Shown here one piece after another: positions 8,970 through 17,648 of a stretch of 64,000 bases of DNA. The notes beneath the pieces are model-generated. The model was given only the letters and a program-made list of their open reading frames with translations, had not been told where the DNA came from and did no database searches. Each line of letters opens with the position of its first letter. Within the stretch, counting starts at the first letter, position 1. Made by a program: the position numbers and the translations under genes. This stretch comes from an uncultured Planctomycetales bacterium (lineage in GTDB: Bacteria; Omnitrophota; Gorgyraeia; Zapsychrales; JBDRMG01): positions 9,088 to 73,087 of the forward strand of contig CAYZIY010000001.1 in NCBI GenBank assembly GCA_964478715.1, given 5' to 3'.

Positions 8970-9440
8970 ATGAGCGGATTTCTTGATCAATTCAGAAAAA
9001 AAGTGAGGGTCTCTCTCCACAAAGAGAATCAACCCTTTCAAAAAATGGTGATTGATGACAAAATAGCCCTGGGTGTTTTACTTTGGGCCGTGGCTCAGGC
9101 CGATGATATGTTGAGGAAGAGAGAAATCGCGAAGATCGAAGAGATTTTAGTTTCCTTTGGACATATCCGGCAGGAAGAGATGCCCATCGTAATCGAGTCT
9201 ATCAAAGAGGCGGACAAAAACAGAATTGATTTCTATCGATTTACTAGTGAAATTAAAAAGGATCTTTCTTATCAGGCAAAGACAGAAATTATCGAGAATC
9301 TTTTTCGAGTGGCCTGTGCGGACCGTGATCTGGCCTACGCAGAAGAGGAAATGATTCGTAAACTTTCCGGTCTTTTAGGCATCGGCCACAAAGAATATAT
9401 TGGATCCAAAATTAAAATCAAAAAAGAATTTGGTATTTAA
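8970..9440 (+). CDS. TerB-family (tellurite-resistance-like) protein
   Basis: Two 'VAxAD...E...I' helical repeats (VAQADDMLRKRE; VACADRDLAYAEEEMI). Confidence 0.8.
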   Translation: MSGFLDQFRKKVRVSLHKENQPFQKMVIDDKIALGVLLWAVAQADDMLRKREIAKIEEILVSFGHIRQEEMPIVIESIKEADKNRIDFYRFTSEIKKDLSYQAKTEIIENLFRVACADRDLAYAEEEMIRKLSGLLGIGHKEYIGSKIKIKKEFGI

Positions 9441-9470
9441 CCGGCAGTCTCAAAGAGCGAGGGAGGATGT

Positions 9471-9659
9471 ATGAGCATTGGAATTTGGGAACTACTATTG
9501 ATTTTCGGAGTGATCCTTATTCTTTTTGGCGCCAGCCGTTTACCTGAAATCGGGCGGGCTCTGGGAAAAGCCATTAATGAATTTAAGAAAGCGGGGAAGG
9601 AACCTACGGATAATACCGAGGAAAGCGCGGGGAATGGGAAGCCAGAAAGCAAGCACTGA
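9471..9659 (+). CDS. tatA: Twin-arginine translocase TatA/TatE subunit
   Basis: 'IGIWELLLIFGVILILFGASRLPEIGRALGKAINEFKK'; GGAGG RBS. Confidence 0.95.
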   Translation: MSIGIWELLLIFGVILILFGASRLPEIGRALGKAINEFKKAGKEPTDNTEESAGNGKPESKH

Positions 9660-10377
9660 GCCTTTGAGTTTTGTGGGGCATTTGGAAGAACTCAGATCCC
9701 GTCTTATTATTTCATTTATTAGTTTTAGTTGTGCCTGTTTAGCTGTTTTCTTTGTCGCGAAAGATATTCTCTCTTATCTGATTAAGCCGATTGGTTTTCT
9801 GATTTTTACCTCTCCTTTGGAATCCTTTGGCGCGCATATGACTATTGTTTTTGCCGGAGGATTGATTCTTGCCTTTCCCGTTTTTCTTTATCAGCTTTGG
9901 CAGTTTATGTCGTCCGCTTTAACCCCGGCAGAAAAAAAGTTATCCCAAATGGGCATTCCGGTATCGATAGCTTTCTTTCTGATCGGTGCTGTTTTTGCCT
10001 TTGAGATGGTCTTACCCCTCGCATTGAAATTTTTAATGAGCTTTTCATCTTCCCGCATTCATCCGATGATCACAATTGGTCATTATGTTTCTTTTGTGGC
10101 CGTTCTTGTTTTGGGTTTTGGTATTTTGTTTGAGTTACCGGTTATTATTGTAATGGGTGTTCGGTTGGGTTTGATCGAGGTATCGTTTCTTTCGCATTAT
10201 CGAAAAAATGTTATTGTCTGCATCTTTATTCTTAGCGCTTTTTTAACACCACCGGATTGTTTGACGCAGATTCTTCTGGCCTTGCCGCTTGTGTTCTTAT
10301 ATGAAATATCCGTTTTGGCAGTCCGTTTGTTAAACATTGCATCTAAAAAAGGAAATCACATCCATGAAAAGATTTAA
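9634..10377 (+). CDS. tatC: Twin-arginine translocase TatC
   Basis: 'HLEELRSRL', 'YQLWQFMSSAL', 'FELP', 'LTPPD', 'LYEIS'; start moved to ATG 9634. Confidence 0.95.
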   Translation: MGSQKASTEPLSFVGHLEELRSRLIISFISFSCACLAVFFVAKDILSYLIKPIGFLIFTSPLESFGAHMTIVFAGGLILAFPVFLYQLWQFMSSALTPAEKKLSQMGIPVSIAFFLIGAVFAFEMVLPLALKFLMSFSSSRIHPMITIGHYVSFVAVLVLGFGILFELPVIIVMGVRLGLIEVSFLSHYRKNVIVCIFILSAFLTPPDCLTQILLALPLVFLYEISVLAVRLLNIASKKGNHIHEKI

Positions 10378-12529
10378 TACCTTTGAAGGTGTTTTTACAC
10401 CCAGTATTTTGAGCATTCTCGGCGCGATCATGTACTTACGCCTAGGCTGGGTTGTGGGACAGGTCGGTTTGGCGCAGGCTCTTGTGATCATTGTGATCGC
10501 CAACAGTATTTCCATATTAACGGCTTTGTCGATGTCTTCGATTGTGACTAATATTCGCATCGGGACCGGCGGGGCCTATTCGATCATCACAAAATCTTTG
10601 GGCGTGGAAGTCGGGGGCTCAATCGGCATTCCGCTTTATCTGTCTCAGGCGATTTCGGTGGCGTTTTACATTGTCGGTTTTAGTGAATGTTGGGGCATGC
10701 TTTTCCCCGGCCATCCCGCTTTACTTGTGTCGCTTACCACCTGGTTGATGCTTCTCATCGTTTCTTATGTTAGCGCCCGGCTGGCCTTTCGGCTTCAGTT
10801 CGGCGTGATGGCTTTGATTGCTATTTCTTTTTTCTCCATCTTCTTAAGCCAAAGACCAGCGGTTGAGACACCTGATCTATGGCGCCATTTCGAGGCGGGA
10901 AATTTTTGGGTGGTTTTTGCGGTTTTCTTTCCGGCCGTGACTGGTTTACTCGCCGGGGCGACTATGTCAGGAGAACTTAGAGATCCTAAAAAAAGCATTC
11001 CTCTGGGAACCATGGCAGCTATTTTGCTAGGATTTACCATTTATCTTGGGCTGGCGGTTTGGCTGGGATTTCACGGTACATCATCTGAGTTGACCAGCCG
11101 GAGTTCGTTTTTAATTGATGTGAGCCGTTGGCGGTGGATGGTCGTTGCCGGCCTGATGGGGGCGACGCTTTCATCGGCCTTGAGTATGTTCGTGGCATCC
11201 CCCAGAACTTTGCTGGCCTTAAGCAAAAATCAAAGCATTCCGCTTTTCGGCCAGTTCTCCCGTATTAACAAGAAAGGAGAACCGACAACCGCCATTCTTT
11301 TTACGGCCCTGCTCGCTTTGGTCACTTTGATGTTTGGATCTCTGAATCAGGTCGCCGGTTTACTGACAATGTTTTTTCTGATCACGTATGCCATGATCAA
11401 CTGTTCAGTTTTTATCGAGCAGTCGATCGGGCTAGCCAGCTTCAGGCCGAGTTTTCGAATTCCAACGGTTATTTCCTTATTGGGGAGTCTAGCCTGCATT
11501 ATTTTGATGATTGTGATTAATCCCGTTTTTAGCTTTATTGCGATCATCAGCATTTATTTTATTTATTGGATGCTGCTAAAAAGAGAAATTCGGATCTATT
11601 CGCCGGATGTTCGAAGCGGACTCTTGGTTTTTATGGCCGAACATCTCGCCAAGACCGCTGCCAAGCTTCCTTATCATCCTAAGATTTGGAAGCCTAATAT
11701 GTTGGTTTCTGTCGCCAGCCCGGAGGAGCTACAAAAAATCAGTGAATTGTTGAGAGTCTCTACGTTGCCCAACGGACGCATTACGGTTTTTCACGTGATT
11801 GAAAAAGGCATTTTAGAAAGATTTGTTCATCAAAAAGAGCAGAAGCGCAAAGACGACAAACGGCTGTCCTATAAGGATGAAGTCCGTGTGAAATTTGATG
11901 ATGTCGTTAAGCCCCTCAGAGAAGAGGGGATCTACGTTGCTCAGTCGATCACCGAATCGCCGGAATATTTCAATGCGGCCTCGATCGTGATCCAGACGCT
12001 AAAAGGAACATTTTTTCCGCCGAATATTTTCTTTTTCACCATTTCCGATGATCCAAATAAAGATAAGATGGTTGAGGCGATCATCGCAAAGGCCGAAGAG
12101 GAAAATTTGGGGGTGATCGTTTTTTTATCGGATAGTAAAAAAGAATGTGGCCGCGCAAGCGATGCGAATCTCTGGATTCGTCAGAAAAGTCCCAACCTTG
12201 ATCTCTCTATATTGATGGCCTTGCAAATTGCCAGGAATTGGGAGACGCGCATTCGGATTATTCAAGTCGTTGAAGATGTCGCGGTTCAAGATGAAGCCCG
12301 ACATTATTTGCTTAAACTCAAGGGCTTGATGCGCATGCCCTTGGAGACGGAGATTCATATTATGACGGGAATATTTAAGGAAGTGGTTAAAGAGGCGCCG
12401 CCGGCGGGAATCAATATTTTCGGCATGCCTCAAGAGCCCGATCTTTCCAGCATGCGCGAAATCAACGGTTTGATTGAATCTCCCGTTTTGTTTCTAAGAG
12501 ATTCTCAGCAGGAGAAAGCGACAGCCTAG
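10364..12529 (+). CDS. Cation-chloride cotransporter-like amino acid permease (SLC12/APC)
   Basis: 'TFEGVFTPSILSILGAIMYLRLGWVVG', 'FFPAVTG', 'FRPSF', 'WKPN' plus cytosolic C-terminal domain; start moved to ATG 10364. Confidence 0.85.
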   Translation: MKRFNTFEGVFTPSILSILGAIMYLRLGWVVGQVGLAQALVIIVIANSISILTALSMSSIVTNIRIGTGGAYSIITKSLGVEVGGSIGIPLYLSQAISVAFYIVGFSECWGMLFPGHPALLVSLTTWLMLLIVSYVSARLAFRLQFGVMALIAISFFSIFLSQRPAVETPDLWRHFEAGNFWVVFAVFFPAVTGLLAGATMSGELRDPKKSIPLGTMAAILLGFTIYLGLAVWLGFHGTSSELTSRSSFLIDVSRWRWMVVAGLMGATLSSALSMFVASPRTLLALSKNQSIPLFGQFSRINKKGEPTTAILFTALLALVTLMFGSLNQVAGLLTMFFLITYAMINCSVFIEQSIGLASFRPSFRIPTVISLLGSLACIILMIVINPVFSFIAIISIYFIYWMLLKREIRIYSPDVRSGLLVFMAEHLAKTAAKLPYHPKIWKPNMLVSVASPEELQKISELLRVSTLPNGRITVFHVIEKGILERFVHQKEQKRKDDKRLSYKDEVRVKFDDVVKPLREEGIYVAQSITESPEYFNAASIVIQTLKGTFFPPNIFFFTISDDPNKDKMVEAIIAKAEEENLGVIVFLSDSKKECGRASDANLWIRQKSPNLDLSILMALQIARNWETRIRIIQVVEDVAVQDEARHYLLKLKGLMRMPLETEIHIMTGIFKEVVKEAPPAGINIFGMPQEPDLSSMREINGLIESPVLFLRDSQQEKATA

Positions 12530-12553
12530 GTAAGATCTGCTTTGAAATTTGTA

Positions 12554-12582
12554 TTGCATTTTCAGAAAATCGGAAATACAAT
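12554..12582 (+). promoter_or_regulatory. Sigma70-type promoter
   Basis: TTGCAT-17-TACAAT. Confidence 0.6.
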
Positions 12583-12632
12583 ATCTTCCAGCATGCAGAG
12601 AGCGATCAATAGAAAATAGCGGGAGGACAATT

Positions 12633-12887
12633 ATGAATATCAAAGAATTGAAATGGTTGCTTAAGGACAAGCGTGTTCAGGAAGAAATCCACAAGCATTT
12701 GTGGATTGAAAGCCAGAAAGCGGGTTATGATATCGGCATTGCCTGCGCAACTGATGAGTGGTTGCGGCTTTATTCCGAAGGCTGGATGAAGCATCACATG
12801 CCTGAGCAATTGAAAAAGAAAAAAACGGCAGCTGTTTCCAAGACGAAAAAAAAGAAAACGACTGCCACAAAAAGAAAAAAGAAATAG
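12633..12887 (+). CDS. DUF4032-like small protein with Lys-rich C-terminal tail
   Basis: GGGAGG RBS; 'EEIHKHLWIESQKAGYDIG...DEW'; tail KKKKTAAVSKTKKKKTTATKRKKK. Confidence 0.75.
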   Translation: MNIKELKWLLKDKRVQEEIHKHLWIESQKAGYDIGIACATDEWLRLYSEGWMKHHMPEQLKKKKTAAVSKTKKKKTTATKRKKK

Positions 12888-12918
12888 AAGATTTTAGAAT
12901 TTTTGATTCATAGCTAAA

Positions 12919-12955
12919 ATGAAAAACCTCCCGAAAATTTTGGGAGGTTTTTCAT
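12919..12955. terminator. Bidirectional intrinsic terminator
   Basis: ATGAAAAACCTCCC / GGGAGGTTTTTCAT inverted repeat with A and T tracts, between convergent genes. Confidence 0.85.
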
Positions 12956-12977
12956 AATGATAAAAGCCTGAACAGTC

Positions 12978-13070
12978 TTATTTCTTTTTCTTCTTGGCTG
13001 TCTTTTTCTTTGCTGTCTTTTTCTTTGCTGTTTTTTTCTTTGCTGTTTTCTTTTTCTTCTTGACGACCAT
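12978..13070 (-). CDS. 30-aa Lys-rich histone-H1/protamine-like peptide (not in ORF track)
   Basis: Translates MVVKKKKKTAKKKTAKKKTAKKKTAKKKKK*; AAGGAAAGGGGTGAG RBS upstream; terminator downstream. Confidence 0.85.
   Translation of the reverse strand: MVVKKKKKTAKKKTAKKKTAKKKTAKKKKK
12987..13046 (-). repeat. Four 15-nt tandem repeats encoding TAKKK
   Basis: ACAGC(A/C)AAGAA(A/G)AA(A/G) x4, varying only at third codon positions. Confidence 0.85.
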
Positions 13071-13125
13071 GTTCTCACCCCTTTCCTTGTAATTTAAAAA
13101 ATTTTAAATAACGTATCTATGTTTT

Positions 13126-13153
13126 ATATTATCATACGTGATTCATTATGCAA
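13126..13153 (-). promoter_or_regulatory. Putative promoter for the Lys-rich peptide
   Basis: Minus strand TTGCAT-16-TAATAT with TGn extension; the spacer region is AT-rich, so chance matches are possible. Confidence 0.45.
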
Positions 13154-13220
13154 AAGTTATTTTAATATTTTTTCCATAAGAGAAAAATACTATGATAAGT
13201 TATGACAAGATGAAAGCAAA

Positions 13221-14339
13221 GTGATGAGCGAGAAATGCACCAGTCTCTATATTCATATCCCTTTTTGTCGACGGAAATGTCATTACTGTTCTTTTTCTGT
13301 TTCCGTTGCGACAACTGCATACATTGACCGCTATTTGAAATGCCTTGATCAAGAAATGAGAAGAAACAAAATAAAAAAAATTTCTTCGATTTATATTGGC
13401 GGCGGAACACCTTCGCTTTTATCTGATGAACAAATAAAAATTTTAAGATATATGATCGAAGTAAATTTTGAATTTCGATTTGATTGCGAACAAACTGTAG
13501 AATTCAATCCCGAGGATTGTACAAAAGAAAAAATAGGGGTGTTCCAGCAAGCGGGATTCAACAGAATCAGTCTGGGTCTGCAGACTTTCGATAATCCGAC
13601 ATTGAGATTTCTGGGACGCCGGCATACTTCCGGAGATAATAGTAAAGCCATTGAGAATTGTCAAAAACTGAATGTAAAAAACATTAGCGTTGATCTGATG
13701 ATAGGGTTTCCCTCTCAGAATCTAAAACAGTTAAGACGTGACATAAAAGAAATAGCTCAATCCAATGTGCAGCATTGCTCGGTCTATCAGCTGGGGATTG
13801 AAAAAGAAAGTCTTTTTTATATTCAAAAAAAGAAATGTCCAAATGAAAACAAACAGATACTGTTCTATAGAACCGTTAGGGAATTTCTTGAAAGATATCG
13901 CTTCAGCCAATACGAAGTCAGCAATTATGCCAGAGGCGATTTTGCATCCCGCCATAATATGATGTATTGGAAAGGGGGCGATTATATCGGTATGGGGATG
14001 GCCGCCCATTCCCGAAAAAATCATAAAAGATTTTGGAAAACTTCCAGACTCCTTGATTATTTAAAGAAGATCGAAAGCGGTCTCTCGCCGATTGCTGGTC
14101 ATCAGCAACTGAATCGGTTCGAGCAATTGTGTGAGGCTCTTTGTTTCGGATTACGGATGAATCGAGGCGTCGATCTGAGTGAATTGCAAGAACGCTTTCA
14201 AACAAAGATGGATCAATCGCGGCTTGATTATATGAAGATGCTGGTTCAAGATGGTATACTTGAAAGAGAGGGATCGCGTATCCGCGCGACACCCCGGGGG
14301 CAGCTTGTTTGCGATGAGATCAGCGCCCGGTTAATCTGA
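13221..14339 (+). CDS. hemW: Radical SAM heme chaperone HemW
   Basis: 'LYIHIPFCRRKCHYC', 'YIGGGTPS', 'YEVSNY', HemW-type 'HNMMYW'. Confidence 0.9.
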   Translation: MMSEKCTSLYIHIPFCRRKCHYCSFSVSVATTAYIDRYLKCLDQEMRRNKIKKISSIYIGGGTPSLLSDEQIKILRYMIEVNFEFRFDCEQTVEFNPEDCTKEKIGVFQQAGFNRISLGLQTFDNPTLRFLGRRHTSGDNSKAIENCQKLNVKNISVDLMIGFPSQNLKQLRRDIKEIAQSNVQHCSVYQLGIEKESLFYIQKKKCPNENKQILFYRTVREFLERYRFSQYEVSNYARGDFASRHNMMYWKGGDYIGMGMAAHSRKNHKRFWKTSRLLDYLKKIESGLSPIAGHQQLNRFEQLCEALCFGLRMNRGVDLSELQERFQTKMDQSRLDYMKMLVQDGILEREGSRIRATPRGQLVCDEISARLI

Positions 14340-14343
14340 GAAA

Positions 14344-15435
14344 TCAGATAACAGGACGGTCGATACCGTATTGGCCGGCGATCCGTTTACTTTGATCGAA
14401 GAGTTTTTCAAGGGATTGCCAGATCAGCGATCGGTAGGGTTCTTTCAGGGAAAGGGACAGATAAATCTTATTGGCTTGCGTTAGCAAACGTTTGGTTTTA
14501 TCGATGGCATAATTAAGACTTCCCGATCGAAAAAATAGACTGCGGATTTTTCTTAGATCAGCATAGTCAATGCGATCTTTCTTAAAAATCTCCAGTAATT
14601 GCTTTCTTTGACGGCCTTTTAGGTGACGATATGCATGAGCGGTCAGAATCGTTTTTTTGGCTTCGGCCAGATCGCTTAAAATCGATTTTCCAATGTTTTT
14701 CTCGTTTGCATAGATTCCGAGAATATCGTCCTGGATTTGGAAAGCCTGGCCTGAGAGTTGTCCGAGACGGGAGAGTCGGTCGACCTCGCTTTTTTTAGCG
14801 CCAGCGAGGATGGCGCCGATGACCAAAGGACATTCAAAAGTGTAGCGAGCCGTCTTAAGAGAATAATTCAAAAAAACGTCTTTTTCTTTTACCTGGGAAA
14901 TTTTTTTGACTCCGTTGACAATATCGAAAAATTCTCCCATGGCCGTAAAGGCAGCCGTTTGCACAAAATACTTCAGAGCTTTTTCTTTCCGCCAGGGGTC
15001 TTCTTTGATAGAAAGAAAGGCATCGATGGCTAAAGCATAAACGATATCGCCGGCGATAATGCTTAAATCATTGCCGAGTTTTTTTGGATGGGAACAAGCG
15101 GTCGTTTTCTTAAGCAGGCGGTGCATGGTCGGTTTACCGCGCCTGAGATGTGAGCAGTCGATCAAGTCATCGTGAATCAGCATAAAGATATGCAGAAGCT
15201 CAATGCAGCTGGCCGCGCGGTAGAGGCTGGCGTTTGGACGCGCGTTTTGTTTTTGATGGGAAAGATAACTTAAAATTAAAAAAATAGGCCTTAAGCGTTT
15301 TCCTTTACGCAAAGCGAATTCTTCGATACTGTTATAGAGAATCGGATCGACCAGACGAAATTGAAAATCGTGCTTGACGCTGCGCAGATATTTCTTGAGG
15401 CTTAAATCGATGTTTTTTTTAATACGCTCGATCAT
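14344..15435 (-). CDS. Polyprenyl synthetase (short-chain, GGPP synthase-like)
   Basis: 'GKRLRP', FARM 'FMLIHDDLID..LRRG', 'KTARYT', SARM 'FQIQDDILG'; start moved to ATG 15435. Confidence 0.9.
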   Translation of the reverse strand: MIERIKKNIDLSLKKYLRSVKHDFQFRLVDPILYNSIEEFALRKGKRLRPIFLILSYLSHQKQNARPNASLYRAASCIELLHIFMLIHDDLIDCSHLRRGKPTMHRLLKKTTACSHPKKLGNDLSIIAGDIVYALAIDAFLSIKEDPWRKEKALKYFVQTAAFTAMGEFFDIVNGVKKISQVKEKDVFLNYSLKTARYTFECPLVIGAILAGAKKSEVDRLSRLGQLSGQAFQIQDDILGIYANEKNIGKSILSDLAEAKKTILTAHAYRHLKGRQRKQLLEIFKKDRIDYADLRKIRSLFFRSGSLNYAIDKTKRLLTQANKIYLSLSLKEPYRSLIWQSLEKLFDQSKRIAGQYGIDRPVI

Positions 15436-15442
15436 CGGATGT

Positions 15443-15471
15443 ATGGTAGCATAGAGATTTTTCGGACGCAA
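15443..15471 (-). promoter_or_regulatory. Promoter placed for a leaderless transcript
   Basis: Minus strand TTGCGT-17-(TGc)TACCAT-7 nt-ATG(15435). Confidence 0.55.
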
Positions 15472-15540
15472 TGAATGATTTCTCTTTGCGGTTGTTTCAA
15501 ATGTGAGTTTTTTGCCGATGATCAAAAATATTGTATTCAT

Positions 15541-15569
15541 TTGACCTGACTACCAACATTCTTTACAAT
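15541..15569 (+). promoter_or_regulatory. Sigma70-type promoter
   Basis: TTGACC-17-TACAAT. Confidence 0.65.
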
Positions 15570-15591
15570 GAAATCAAAAGGAGATGATTTT

Positions 15592-16251
15592 ATGAAAAGA
15601 TACTATCTAGCTTTAATGATGATTTTCTTTTTGACGAATCTGTCTTTAGCCGAGACCATTTATTTGAAAGACGGCAGAAAAATTGAAGGTACCATTACCC
15701 GGCAGACGGATGAATTGATTAAAGTCGATGTTTACGGCGTGGAACTTACCTATTATCGTGATGAGATTTCACAAATTATCGGTGACACGGAAGCTTTTCA
15801 ACCAACCCGGGAAAGAAAACAGCCCCTTAGCCCGGGTCTGTTGCCCACCACAAGACAAAAACCCTATTCTTTGCCGGAATCCACTTTTGAATCCTATTCT
15901 CCGGGATCTGAGTCCTCAGATTATGACTCAAGAGATAAAAGCGATGTGGTGCGTGATGTTATGGATGCTACCGGGGTTAAGGAAAGCGTAACCAATACGC
16001 TGCGTAAGATCATTCAAAACGCTCCGGCCGAAGATGCTAATAAGCTGCAACAGGCGATTGATGTCAATGAAATGCTCGATGAGCTGGTTCCGGTTTATGA
16101 AAAATATTTTACCGAACAGGAATTACGGGATCTGGCTAATTTTTACCGCTCCTCGGCAGGCAAAAAATTGCTGAAAGCTACTCCCTTGATTTTGCAGGAC
16201 AGCGTGGCTGCGATTTTCAGCTATGTCCAAAGAAAAGGACAGGGATTGTAA
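15592..16251 (+). CDS. Exported protein with C-terminal DUF2059-like domain
   Basis: AAGGAG RBS; signal peptide; 'ETIYLKDGRKIEGTI'; 'YEKYFTEQELRDLANFYRSSAGKKLL'. Confidence 0.75.
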   Translation: MKRYYLALMMIFFLTNLSLAETIYLKDGRKIEGTITRQTDELIKVDVYGVELTYYRDEISQIIGDTEAFQPTRERKQPLSPGLLPTTRQKPYSLPESTFESYSPGSESSDYDSRDKSDVVRDVMDATGVKESVTNTLRKIIQNAPAEDANKLQQAIDVNEMLDELVPVYEKYFTEQELRDLANFYRSSAGKKLLKATPLILQDSVAAIFSYVQRKGQGL

Positions 16252-16256
16252 ACGCC

Positions 16257-17466
16257 TTGAAATCCATCAAACGCAGGAAGAAAATTGTTCTGGCCGAAGG
16301 CGAGTCGATCATTGCCGATATCCTGCCCCGGTTTTTAAGACCCTTCGGTTATGAAATGATCGTTGTTCCCGACGGTAAGCAGGCGCTCGAGCTTATCAAG
16401 AAAGAGCTGCCCGATCTGATCATTATTGACAGTCGTTTGGAAATCATCGATGGTTTTCAATTAAGCCAAATTTTAAAAAGCGATTTTCTCACCAGCTATA
16501 TCCCCATTATCATTCTGATTGAAAAAAAGCAGATCCGCAAACGGATTCTGGAAATTCAAGAAGGGATTGATGATTATATCATCAAGCCGCCGGATCCAAT
16601 CGATTTACAGGTCCGCCTAGAGATGGCCTTAAGGCGAACCGATCATACTGTTCACGCCAATTCCTTAACGCGCCTGCCGGGCAACAAAGACATTGAAACC
16701 ATGGCCAAGAAATATATCAAAAGCCGCCAGCCGTTTTCATTTTTGTATCTGGATATTAACCGCTTTAAATCGTTTAATGATACTTATGGTTACTTAAGAG
16801 GCGATGGCGTGATTATGCAAACGGCGCGCCTTATTACCAATGCGGTCAAGATTTTTGGAAATAAAGGGGATTTTGTCGGGCATGTCGGAGGGGATGATTT
16901 CGTCGTGATCACTACCCCCCCAGCGTGAAAAAGCCGTGGCTGATCAGATTATTAAAGAATTTAACCGCTTGATCCCCCTTCACTATAATAAGGAAGACCG
17001 CCTGGCAGGATATCTGAAAGTCAGCGATCGCCAGGATCATGAAGTCAAGGCGCCTTTGATGGGTATTTCGGTGGCGATTGTCAATAATGTCAGCCGCAGA
17101 ATTCATAATATTATCGAACTGACAGAAATTGCCTCGGAAATCAAAAAGCATCTTAAGACGCTCAAAGGCAGTCATTATTTAATCAATCGGCGGACCAATA
17201 CCGGCAAACATTTCGATGAGCAGGGTTTAGAAAAAGAATATGCGCAGGCTCAGCCGATCTCTCTCAATTATGATGATCAATATCGGGAAACGCTACCCTT
17301 GGGGCAAATTTTACTGAAAGAAAAACTCATTACAGAAAAAGAGCTTCAAGAAGCTCTTTTTGAACACTGGAGTTCCCGCCAGCTCTTAGGACAAACTCTT
17401 CTTAAAATGAATCTCATTTCGGAAGAAAAATTGGAGCCATTCCTCGAAAAATCCTCAGAAAACTAA
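16257..17466 (+). pseudogene. REC-GGDEF-MshEN-like diguanylate cyclase, frameshifted in a C7 run (16915-16921)
   Basis: ORF1 16257-16928 has REC, 'FKSFNDTYGYLRGD' and 'GGDDF'; ORF2 (to 17466) continues the GGDEF domain ('ISVAIV') and adds an MshEN-like repeat; deleting one C joins them (TTPQREKAVADQ). Confidence 0.8.
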
Positions 17467-17565
17467 AAAAATTAAGAATTCTCTCAAAATACCATAAATA
17501 TATAATTCACAATAAGATAAGTTGTATTTAGGGTGAATATTTAATCGTCTTTCCTCCTAATATGA

Positions 17566-17594
17566 TTGACCCCTTGGATATTTTTTGATATATT
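17566..17594 (+). promoter_or_regulatory. Sigma70-type promoter of the pur cluster
   Basis: TTGACC-17-TATTAT with TG extension. Confidence 0.7.
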
Positions 17595-17648
17595 ATGTGA
17601 GTTCGAATCCGCAAAAGCCGCGAAAAATCAAAAAAGGAGAAGAAAAGA

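Noticed and set aside
12987-13046. Tandem repeats read as a CRISPR array or non-coding VNTR
   Set aside because: No spacers; the 15-nt unit varies only synonymously within an ORF that has an RBS, so it is coding.
17598-17615. GTTCGAATCC T-loop-like sequence upstream of purB
   Set aside because: No flanking T-stem, D-arm or anticodon arm; it lies directly after the promoter, so it is not a tRNA.
17467-17648. Possible purine or ZTP riboswitch before the pur cluster
   Set aside because: The predicted 5' UTR is only about 48 nt and shows no recognisable aptamer motif.
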